This document shows positions 11,176 to 21,448 of a stretch of DNA of 64,000 bases, piece after piece. Position 1 is the first letter of the stretch, and every line of letters starts with the position of its first letter. The stretch spans positions 504,882 through 568,881 of the forward strand of contig WELA01003597.1 in assembly GCA_009602735.1 (NCBI GenBank), given 5' to 3'. This stretch comes from Mesotaenium endlicherianum (taxonomy: Eukaryota). Made by a program: the position numbers and the translations under genes. The notes under the pieces are model-generated. The model was not told where the DNA came from. It did not search any database and was given only the letters and a program-made list of their open reading frames with translations.

Positions 11176-13205
11176 TCATCCCCCTCCTCAAGATGCGACG
11201 TCCTCGACGCATTTTGTAAATAACGTCTCAATTTACTCTTACAATGAGTCAAGTTGGCTTCTGGCTCCCAAGTGTTGTCGTCCGCATGGTAGCATTTCCA
11301 CTTGACCAGATACTTTTGAACAAGTCGTTGACCGCGCTTGACTCGTCGATCGTTGACAATTGCCTCCACTTCATACTCCAATACATCATCGATCTCGACC
11401 GGTGGTGGCGGTGTAGGTAGTTGTCCTGGATGTCCTTCATTCGGGTCAACGTATGGCCGTAAACAATTGACATGGAACACATCATGGATACGCCAGCCTG
11501 AAGGAAGTTCCAACTTGTAAGTCAGTGGATTAACCTGCTTGAGCACCACGAAGGGACCTGTAAACCGTGCCCGCAATTTCCTCTTGCCTGTGAAAGGTAG
11601 GTTCTTTGTTGACAAGAGTACTTTGTCACCCACATGGAATGTCACTTCCCTCCTGTGCTTGTTAGCATGCTTGACCTGCTCTTCTTGTGCCTTCCAAATA
11701 CGAGTCTTCGCCATGTCCCAAGTCTTGGCCATCTGCTCCATAAACGCTTGTGTAGTAGGAACCTGAGTCTCCTTGGCCTTCTCCAACAAGATCTTCCCTG
11801 GATGATAAACTTCTCTCCCATAAACCATGGTGAATAGTAACTGCTTGGTCGATCCGTGCAGGCTGTTGTTGTAGGCAAAATCCAACCCTGGAAGCTTCTT
11901 GTCCCACTCTGAAGGGTCCTCCATAGTGAAAATCCTGAGCACCTCTTGCAGAGTTCTGTTGAGTCTCTCACTCTGCCCGTCTGTCTGAGGATGATAGGAA
12001 GTGCTCATACTTAGCTTGGTCCCCATCAAAGTAAACAATGACCGCCAAAAGTTGCTAGTAAACCTCGGATCCCGATCTGAAACAATCACCTTTGGCAGCC
12101 CATGTAGCTTGAAAATATGATCAAAGAACAGCCGTGCCACATCTGCTGCCGTACAAGTCTCCTTCATGGGAATGTAGTGTGCCATCTTGCTGAGTCTATC
12201 AGACACAACCCAAACTGCATCGTGCCCTTGACCACTCACTGGTAATGACGTGATGAAGTCCATAGCAATCTGCTCCCAAGGATACTCTGGAATAACGATG
12301 GGTTGCAGGGTACCTCCCTTCTTTTGATTTGGTGTTTTGTTACGTTGGCACGCATCGCAACTCCTGACCCACTCCTCAATGTTCTTGTCCATATTTCTCC
12401 AATAGTACTCCCGCTTCAGCACGCTTGCCGTCTTCTCACTTCCAAAGTGTCCAGCATATAAGCAATCATGATGCTCCGCAAGAAGTAAGTCGCGTAGCTC
12501 CTTGATGCCAGGTACCACCACTCTCTTGCAATCACCATAATACCATATGCCGTCCTTCTTCTGCATACTCGAGTTGGACTCAGCTGCTCCACCATCAGCA
12601 AAGTCTGGGTCCTCCTCATAACCTCTCTGAAGCTTCTTCTTGAAGTCCATACTCTCCTTGATGACTGAGACAGCTGCAAGGTCACACCTCCTGGATAAAG
12701 CGTCTGCAGGGTTGATCTTCCCAGGTAAGTACTCAATCTTGTGGTCAAACTGTTGCAGAAACTCCATCCACCTTGCCTGTCTTGGTGTCAACGTTGGCTG
12801 CGTCATAAACTTCTCCAAGCTCTTGTGGTCGGTCTTGATGAACACCTTCCGGCCGTCCACATAACATCGCCAAATCCTCAAAGCCTGGATAATAGCCAAC
12901 ATCTCCCGCTCGTGTGCTGCATAGTTCTGCTCAACAGGGCTCAACTTCCTGCTCTCATATGCCACAGGTTGTAATCCCTTGCCTTGGTCCTGGAGAAGAA
13001 TGGCTCCCACTGCAAAGTTTGATGCGTCCGTGATGAAGATGAAAGGAAGATCTGGACTTGCAATTGCCAACACAAATGCCTGTGCCAACAGCTCCTTAAT
13101 CTTCTCAAAAGCTTGCTGCTCTTTGTCACCCCATATCCACTTCTCCTGCTTCTTCAACATGTCCGTGAGCGGTGCACACACCTTGGCAAATCCTTCAATG
13201 AAACG
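11163..13205 (-). pseudogene. pol: Pol C-terminal part: RNase H, integrase, chromodomain
   Basis: TDASNFAVGA, YESRKL and TDHKSL (RH); HHD..AGHFG..C..CQ zinc finger; MDFI, VSDRDPRFTS, QTDGQSER (INT); GPF; YEVEAIV...YLVKW...TWEP (chromodomain). Confidence 0.93.
11176..11192 (-). promoter_or_regulatory. Polypurine tract (PPT)
   Basis: Minus strand reads GAGGAGGGGGATGA directly before the TGTAAG LTR start. Confidence 0.85.
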
Positions 13206-14120
13206 TCAATAGTAATCTGCCATGCCGAGGAAACTCCTGAGTTGATGAATATCAGCAAGCACCGGCCAATCTCTGTTTGTTTGCACCTTCTTCTGCTCCA
13301 CCTTCACTCTTTCAGCTCCCACTATGTGTCCAAGAAACTCGACCTCCTTGAGACAAAAGTCGCACTTGCTCATCTTCCCATATAACTTCTGATCTCTTAA
13401 GACCTCCAACACCTTCCTCAGATGCTCCACATGCTCTTCCAAGGTCTTCGAATAGATTAGGATGTCGTCAAAAAATACCACCACAAACTGGTCCAAATAG
13501 GGTCTGAAGATACTATGCATGAGTCCCATGAATGTAGCAGGTGCATTGGTTAATCCAAAAGGCATGAGTGTGAACTTGAATATACCATAGCGAGTCTTAA
13601 AAGCAAACTTCTGAACGTCTCCTTCCCCAATTCGTACCTGGTGATAGCCACTCCTCAAGTCGATCTTCGAGAAATACTCTGCTCCAACAAGCCTGTCAAT
13701 TAACTCGTCCACTCGTGGGAGTGGGTACCTGTTCTTGATGGTGACCTTGTTGAGTGCCCGGTAGTCGACACACATTCTCATAGTCCCATCCTTCTTCTTC
13801 ACAAATAAGACTGGCGCTGCAAATAGAGACTCGCTGGGTCGGATGAATGCCTTCTCCAAGAAGTCTGTCAGCTGCTTCTTCAACTCGTCCAACTCCGCAA
13901 ACGATTGACGATAGGCGGGTCTCACTGGTGGCTTGCTCCCTGGTTGCAACTCAATCTTGTGCTCCATAGCTCTCTGTGGAGGTAATCCTGCAGGTAGCTC
14001 CTCAGGCAACACGCACTTGAACTCCTCCAACAGCGCCTTAATTTGGGCAGGCATCTCAGCAGGCTTCTTCTCTTGAGCAGTTGGGCTCTGCTCCTTGTGA
14101 GCAAGGGGATCAGACACCAC
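13206..14120 (-). pseudogene. pol: Gypsy reverse transcriptase
   Basis: [52 protein letters not shown]; premature TGA at 13206-13208. Confidence 0.93.
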
Positions 14121-14739
14121 TACTTAGATGACATTCGCCCAGGCTGTTAGGATTCACGCTTGTTCCATCTGATGACCTGGCCAGGGCCACCAAAACAAGG
14201 TACATCTCCTTCACCTGATTCGCCCTGCATAGCTTCTTAACTTGCAGGCTCGACAGAAGACAGTTACTTGTGGTCGTATCTACCTCCACCTGTTTCGCTG
14301 TCTCCATTCGACCATCACGCCCTTGAACCTTCACTTGTCCTGTGCTCCAGTGCACTTGAGGGTTGGCTTTTCTCAGCCATGGTCGGCCTAATATCACCTC
14401 ATGGTGACCCAACTCTGCCTGCTCCATAACTTCCTTACTCTGGTGCCCCGCTACTTCCACGTGAATAGCTTTCGTAGGTGCACCACACTTGAGTCTCTGC
14501 CCATTTGCCAAAATTGCCTCCTTAGGCTCATAATGCTTCTGCACAGGGATTCGCCACTCTTTCACCAGTTTCTTGTGCACAAAATTTGCACTTGCGCCAC
14601 TGTCGACCATACACTTCGCCTTGTTGCCGTCGACCACTCCTTCCACGATGATAGGCTTGTCAACGTCTCGTCCTTTGCTTCTAGGCAGGCTTCTGGGGAT
14701 CACCTCCTTGTGAGTTCTCGTCTTCACGCCAGCAGACAC
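14110..14739 (-). pseudogene. Gypsy aspartic protease
   Basis: MVDSGASANF catalytic motif and VILGRPWL. Confidence 0.85.
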
Positions 14740-14752
14740 CCCCCAGAACGAC

Positions 14753-15782
14753 TTACTGGCGTCCTCCTTTTTCCTGCTGTTGAGGTTGCTTCGCCTTCAC
14801 ATGACACTCTCGAGGCAGATGTCCAAGCTTACCACAATTATAGCAGGGTCCTCTCGGCTTAAAAGTCTGCTGCATGCGCTGGTATTGAACAGGTCCCAAC
14901 TCCATAGGTATTGGACCTTGAACACTCGTGCTTGGCGCTTGGGATCCAAAGGGACGATATCCTCCAAAGTTAATGGCTGCCCCACTGCCTGTGACTAAAT
15001 ACTCCACAGCATTGATTTTCGTCGCCAATGCCATCATTTCTCCAAGACCGGTAGGATCCTTGAGCGCCACTTCCTTGGCCACAGTTGGCTTGAGTCCCCT
15101 CTTGAACATGTCCATCATCTCCGATTCGTGCATGGATGGACATTGAAGCACCAGCTCGTTGAAGCGTGATACATACTCCTGAACGCTTGCTCGTTGACGA
15201 AGGCGCACCAATAGATCTCGAGCAGTAGCCTCGGGTGCAATAGGTTGTAATTGCCTCTTCAAGCCTTCAAATAGCTGATCAACAGTAGCAGGAACTCCAG
15301 ACAGCTGATCCTGTTGCTCATACCAAGCTCCAGCACTCTTCTTTAGCAAAGTAATCACAAAGGCGACATGTCTGTCGGGCGTGAGCGCAGAATACTCCAT
15401 AAACATTTTCACTCCAAAAATCCATTGATGAACAGGCGGCGATCCACGCTCTCCAGTATACACTTCAGGCTTAGGCGCACGCACTCCCGATGCGGGTGGA
15501 ATAACTGGTTGCACCACTGGATTAACTTGGATTGGTGGTACAACAGGTGCAGGTGCCGAACTTGTCGAAGCGGCATTCCCAACAACAACACGCACCATTC
15601 TCTCCACCTCCGCGCATATTTTGTTGATATTGGGCGTAAACTTCTCCTCCAATTGCATTTGCCATTTGCCTTAGCATCGCTTGCATCTCTTGTTGCTCCC
15701 TTGACAAAGGTGGTGCCGTCTGCTCCACGCGCTCAACATGCTCGACATGTTTTCCTCCTCCAGCTGCCGGCTGCAACTCCAT
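14753..15782 (-). pseudogene. gag: Gypsy Gag (frameshift near N-terminus)
   Basis: KPEVYTG, LRQRASVQEY..RF, F.RGL, PMELG and the CYNCGKLGHLPREC knuckle; N-terminal piece in another frame (15522-15782). Confidence 0.88.
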
Positions 15783-15805
15783 ATTATAATATGCAAACTA
15801 ATCCA

Positions 15806-15817
15806 GCTCCGATATCA
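15806..15817 (-). promoter_or_regulatory. Primer-binding site, tRNA-iMet type
   Basis: TGATATCGGAGC matches the canonical TGGTATCAGAGC at 10/12, 2 nt from the LTR end. Confidence 0.75.
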
Positions 15818-15819
15818 GA

Positions 15820-16301
15820 TGAAAGGGGCAAAGTGCCCTAATGGAAGCTTAGTGACTCACGAGGAAAAGAACTAGTTGCAATCATACTAAAGAGTGCAGC
15901 GGCATATCACTAAGAAAGCTTATTAAAATTACTTGACATTTTGACTAGCAAGAAATTGCTTACAAATGATGTAGAATGGAAGGCCTTGTCATTACAAATC
16001 GGTAGAAATTTACAGAATTGAAAATCGATGAGAAATGAAGTAGTTATGTCTATTTATAGTTTTCTACGACGGCCGCTCGCCCCTAGGCGGGACGGTCGCT
16101 TAGCAACGAATTTTCCTAAGTGTTTGTCAAATCGTCCCTTCCAGAATATTCGTGAGAAAGCCCGATCAGTCTCATCTGACGTGTCGGGTCGATTTGAACT
16201 TTATATCAAAATGACCACAAAAACAAAGTCTACACTACTATGCAATCAGAATATACTTTCATGAAACTCAAAAATGCACTTTATAAATCTATGACCTTAC
16301 A
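15820..16301 (-). repeat. Chromovirus 5' LTR (482 bp)
   Basis: TG...CA termini, CTATAAATAG box, homology to the split 3' LTR. Confidence 0.93.
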
Positions 16302-17347
16302 CGTTGCCACTGGCGCCAGGTCCACAACCCCGCATCCCCGCTTCGCCCTGTGCACCTGCTGGCCCTCATTGCGCATCTGCCACGCGCTCTTGGGCCACGT
16401 ACCCCCGCGCTGCATCTGCGTGTCGCCGGAGGCATTGGCGTACTTGTTGACGTACAGGCTGTCCAGGCGGCGGGCTATCCACCGGGACAGGCCCACTGGG
16501 ATGGCGTTGGCCACGTGCTGCAGCCGCCGCTTCGAGGACCCCATCCCAGCGGTCCACCCGGACGGGAACCCCTGCAGCTCTTCAACGTTGGCAAACCCCC
16601 TTAGGCGCAGCTGAGCGGTGCGTCCAGCCTCCACCGCCAGCAGCAGGCTCTCGCAGTTCCCGCCGGTGACGGTGGGGCAGAGGCCGTACGCCTTGAAGGG
16701 GGCGGTCTCGTTGAGGCTGGTCACCCACAGCCCCCCGTACTCGCGCCTGCCTTGGAACCTGTGGAGTGCACAGCCGCAGCCCGCATTCATGGGGCACTCC
16801 GCGCTCGTTGCCAGCAGCACGTCCATCGGGTCCCCGAATTCCATGGCCACCAGGACGAACCTCTCCCTCAGCTGCGGCGACTCGAACGAGACGCACTGCA
16901 CGCAGCGGTAAGCCCAGCAGTATCCCATGGCGTGCAGGTTTGCTGTCACGTCGCTGATGTAGGGCTTCCCTCCGCTCGTCTCCCGGCTCAGGATGCCCGA
17001 ACGTTCTCCAACACCAACACCGGCACCCTCTAGCGCTCGAGCAGCCTCCACAGGTGAGCAATCATGCCCGTCCGGAGCGTCGTGGACGGAGCGCCCGTCG
17101 TGCTTGACCTGGTGGAGACGTTTTGGCACGGGAACCCGGCAAGGACCACCTGCGTGCCCGGCGGCAGCTCGCTCAGCCCCGCCACGTCCTCGCGGACCTG
17201 CACCCTGGGGAACTTGTCTTTGAGGAACGGGCGGCAGTGGGGGTTGCTCTCCACCATGAGCAACAGCTCGTGGCTCGCGTCCACAAAGGGGATCTCGAAG
17301 CCAGCTATGCCCGTGAACAGGCTGCAGATCTTCAGCGGGGGCGCCAT
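16302..17347 (-). pseudogene. Dcm-like C5 cytosine DNA methyltransferase, intronless catalytic region, disrupted
   Basis: Ordered motifs I SLFTGIAGF, II VE, III EDV, IV AGFPCQ, VI LENV, VIII PQLRER, IX EELQGFP and X VANAIP. TAG at 17030-17032, 1-nt frameshift after ENV, Gypsy insertion at the 3' end. Confidence 0.92.
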
Positions 17348-18360
17348 GGCGGCGTCGGCGACGCGAGTGGGGTAGAGAAAGTGGGGGATAAAGAGGTACG
17401 GGCGGTGATAGAGAAAGAAATAGAGATGGGGTAGGTGGGGGGCGCATGCAATTTTGACGACAAATACATGGTCACATGCCAGCAAGTACGGTCTGGGGCA
17501 GGGGGTACATCATGACCACCACGGAGAAATTTTGATCCAGCCGTACAGTGAGTCTTCCAGGCTCAAAGTCCAAGTTTTACACGGATAACCAACGCCCGAA
17601 TAACCGACACACAAATAATACGATTGCACGGACGGACGAACGCACACACAAACGGACGCATGCATGGACATGTTTTTTGCACGTTCGATTAGAAGTCGCT
17701 ATTAGGACATATATGTTTCATTTAATGGCGCTACCTCCCTGTACAAAATTTGAAAATCTTGTTCAGACGTCGCTATTTTGAAAGCTTGAATTTTGGATGC
17801 TATTTCAATCGAGTTCTTGAAGGCATTTGCCACCCCATGGGCGGGATAATGCTCCACCTTCTTCCACTTTTGGTCCACATCGATTAGACTCCCCCTGCAA
17901 GAAACTATGGCTTGCGAGTCGGAGAGATCCTCCCACTCCCCTCCCCACAATGTAGCACTCGCGGAGGTCGAGAACATGGCATTCCCATGCTTCAGTCTAC
18001 ATAGTCTCAGACAGGGAGTGTGCTGTCCAGTGATGGCACAGATTGTAAATCGGGTAGGCATGGAGCAATGGACACAGATTGTCACACGCAGCGTTTGGTC
18101 AACCATTAGCACAGAGGATGCTGTTTGAGCAAATTGTGGCGGTTTGCCAATTGCATCTGACCTAAACAGCGAGGTGAGATCCCAAAATAATCTTGATCCT
18201 CCAGGTTTGACAATACTGGGCAAAGAGAGTGATAAATTTGCATCACAGAATATTGTCTCAACGCGTGCAGGACGTGGACACTGACCCGGAGTTTCTGCTT
18301 CAGATCTTTCAGCTTCAATGTGGTCAAGTTTCACATGCTGCACTTCCTGAATGAAGGAGT

Positions 18361-18513
18361 CACTATTTCAGTCTAGATGTCCAGCTTTTTGGCACACACT
18401 CTTTGAAAAAGGGTGCAGCTTCCTTAGCAGCTAGCCTGCAAGTACCAGATTCCATTATTCAGGGGCTAGGCAGATGGAAGTTCCATAGAGGGAAGGAGCC
18501 TTACCTAGTCTGA
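18361..18513 (+). pseudogene. Tyrosine recombinase C-terminal fragment (YR1; DIRS/Crypton-like)
   Basis: FGTHSLKKGAASLAASLQVPDSIIQGLGRWKFHRGKEPY fits the HSxRxG.A...GRW....Y box II pattern (not in ORF track). Confidence 0.75.
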
Positions 18514-19934
18514 AGAACAGAGTCAAGCAGCTCAGGCAGCAAAGAAGGTAGTGCCCCCTGACAATCCAGCATCAGCCTCCCTCACTCAAGACCAGCTTCT
18601 TTTAGCATCAATGAGGAAGCACAGTAAGAGGTAGCAGCACATGTGATGCTTCTAAATGCTCAATCTTTTGGTGCTAGATGGATTAAATTTAATGCAATGT
18701 TGCCATGTCAAAGGCTAGGACTTGCCTAGGACTGCTTGCTATTAGCATGATTGAGCCTATCCTACTTCATACTCCTACTCCTACTCCTGTTCGTATTTTC
18801 CTACTCCGACCTACATGTGAGCTGTAATTACACTTGTACCTATGCTACTTTAATTCATACCTGCATTACTCTTCATTTTTGTATGAGTGAAACAAAATAA
18901 TTCAGACATCAAACTGTACATTTGACAAATCAAAATTCAATTTGAAGTGCAGAATTATTGAAGTTGACACATAAACTAGTTCAACTCTCAAAGATGTATA
19001 ATCCCCAAATCACCTAGAAGTTATCAATTTCAAAACCTAAAAAGCTCTCGAAGTAAAATTTTAAAAGTTGGCAGTAGCTACAACAGTACTACATAGCACA
19101 GGAAAATGCGTGCTAGAATCAATGCAGTGCAATTTTAGAGTGCTGCTAGATCCCACCCACCCACCCTCTTTATGACCAGCAGATGCAGAGAATGAGTCTT
19201 AGGGTCGTGTCTAGCAACAGTTTATGTGATGATCAGGAAGCAGTAGCAATCAGCCATTAATTGCAATTTAGCAGAAGTGGAGATTAGAAAGAAGAGTATA
19301 CAGACCAATTTCATTAGTGTAGCCTAGGACAAAAAGTAAACCTCAGAAGTACAGTCAAAGGACAAGATGTCGATGAGTCAGCAAGTCCCTACGCGCGCGA
19401 TCTCAAAGCGCTTGTACCTGTGCTACTTTAAGGAGACCTGATCGACGCCATGAAACAAATGTGCGCAAATAAGCACCAGCCTAGAGCATTTGTGCAAGTG
19501 TAAGAGGTGGTGGAACATATAAGCACACCCGCACACCATCTTTCAACAAACGGTCTGTAGCTGTTTCACAATTATATTCTTCCAGCATTTGAGCTTTCGA
19601 CAATCATCTAAACTCCAAATGTATGCAGTGGGGGGTGGCGTGGTGGCGTTGGCAAGGTGCTCTTAGTGCTCTTAGCTCCGATCCGTCCCAATCTCGACGC
19701 TGAGGAGTTCATTATTGTCATCGTTACTTTTCATTCACTCGTCTCTACACCAAACTCAATCAAAGGAACACATTTTGCTTTGATTTAAATAATACTGTCT
19801 CACTTACCAGCAATGTCAAAGACCGTGCTGTCATCAAGAGGAACATGCAAACATGTCTACTCACATGAATAATCACGCTACACGCGCAAACAAGTCGTTA
19901 TAAATACCAGCAGAGGAGCAGGGAGGCGGGAGGG

Positions 19935-20100
19935 NNNNNNNNNNNNNNNNNNNNNNNNNNNNNNNNNNNNNNNNNNNNNNNNNNNNNNNNNNNNNNNNNN
20001 NNNNNNNNNNNNNNNNNNNNNNNNNNNNNNNNNNNNNNNNNNNNNNNNNNNNNNNNNNNNNNNNNNNNNNNNNNNNNNNNNNNNNNNNNNNNNNNNNNNN
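19935..20100. other. Assembly gap (further gaps at 21448, 33776-34305 and 46080-46666)
   Basis: N runs, mostly flanked by G/C homopolymers. Confidence 0.99.
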
Positions 20101-21447
20101 GCCGGCGCTGCAGTCAGCCCCGCCCCCGCCGGCTCGCTTGGGTCCGCGCACTGCTCCGCCCCAGCGTCCGACTGCGCCCCCACGGCGCACTCCACCGCCA
20201 AGGTGAACGTCCTGTCAGCCAGCGCCCTCAGCCCCGCCGTTGCCAGCTCCCTCGGGTCCGCCACCTGCAACCCTCTCGAGACGCTCGACACAGTGGCAGG
20301 CATTGCAGAGCCGGGTGCCTGCAAGCTCCTCCCCCGCGTTGTAAAACCGGGGGGTCTCCTGGGTGAGGCAGGCGGCCACTGCTTCGCCTCCGCGGCCGGT
20401 GCTGCAGTCAGCCCCGCTCCCGCCGGCTCGCTTGGGTCCGCGCACTGCTTTGCCCCAGCGTCCGACCTCGCCCCCATGGCGCCCTCGACCGCCAGGGTGA
20501 ACGCCCTGTTAGCCGGCGCCCTCAGCCCCGCCGCCGCCAGCTCCCTCGGGTCCGCCACCTGCAGCCCTCTCGAGACGCTCAGCCAGGCACGGTGGCAGGC
20601 ATTGCAGAGCCAGGCGCCTGCGAGCTCCTCCCCCGCGTTGTAAAACCGGGGGTTCTCCTGGGTGAGACAGGCGGCGCATTGCTTTGCCTCCGCGGCGTGC
20701 CCATCCAATCTCTTTCTCTTGCACCGTCTGGGGCCTTTAGACGAGAGGTCCTCTAACTCTTTAGGTGGTTGCGGAAGAAGGCTTGGGTCCACAATGTGCC
20801 TGTGTGGACAAGTCGACGTCTTGTAACTGTGGTTGGCCGACACAAGCTGGGTCAGTGAATGGCTGACGTAGAGCCGCAACATGGAACACCGCTGTGCATT
20901 GTACCATCCCCTCTCCTTAGCGATCCTGGAGAATATCTTGTTGGCCTTGGCACGTGCACCGTCTTTCATGTACCCACTGAGTATGGCCTGCATGGATCAA
21001 ACACACGGCATGTTGGAGTCCTGATCACAACTCCTGACCTTAAAGTGCGATGGACCAGCACGGGACCTCAGACCGAGTGGCATACCTAGTCCACCAGCCC
21101 TTTGCGGAAGCCCAGTAGATCGCATGCCTCTGTTGCTACGTCGACACGCGCAAGGCTTGACGTCACCATGCGATTCAGGATGTCAATCGAGTATTACAAT
21201 GACGGCAAAAGGGAGTGAGCGCTATGAGTCCTTTCAATAACCTGTGCGCGGGAAAAATTATGCTGAGCGTCCATGAATGGTATCCGAAGGTGCCTACAGT
21301 AAGGATTGTAGCCCTCACCGAGTTTGAGGTGTACGCATGGCCATGACCTCCGTATTCTTCTGCGGTGCACTGGACCATTGGAATGAGGGGCTGCGATGAG
21401 ACGTTGTGTCGGACTCTGAAATCCTTACGGACATTGTCTGCCGAAAG
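20101..21447. repeat. Apparently identical 1347-bp copy of 25208-26554
   Basis: Constant offset of 5107 and identical ORF translations; bounded by N-gap 19935-20100 and a single N at 21448. Confidence 0.9.
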
Positions 21448-21448
21448 N

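Larger units (their letters stand above)
4354..16301 (-). mobile_element. Full-length Ty3/Gypsy chromovirus LTR retrotransposon (degenerate), with nested hAT
   Basis: Paired LTRs (4354-4759 plus 11108-11175, and 15820-16301; TG...CA; roughly 90-93% identical by eye). 5-bp TSD cgctg/cgttg, PBS and PPT present, and gag-PR-RT-RH-INT-chromodomain order. Confidence 0.95.

Noticed and set aside
4354..17347. DNMT as cargo of the chromovirus
   Set aside because: The DNMT lies outside the LTRs and is interrupted by the element (TSD inside the gene)
16281..17447. 388-aa ORF as an intact methyltransferase
   Set aside because: Its N-terminal part is out of frame with motifs I-VI (in ORF 17030-17485) and its end reads into the LTR; the gene is a pseudogene
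17702..18343. 213-aa minus-strand ORF
   Set aside because: No recognisable motif; cannot be supported as a gene
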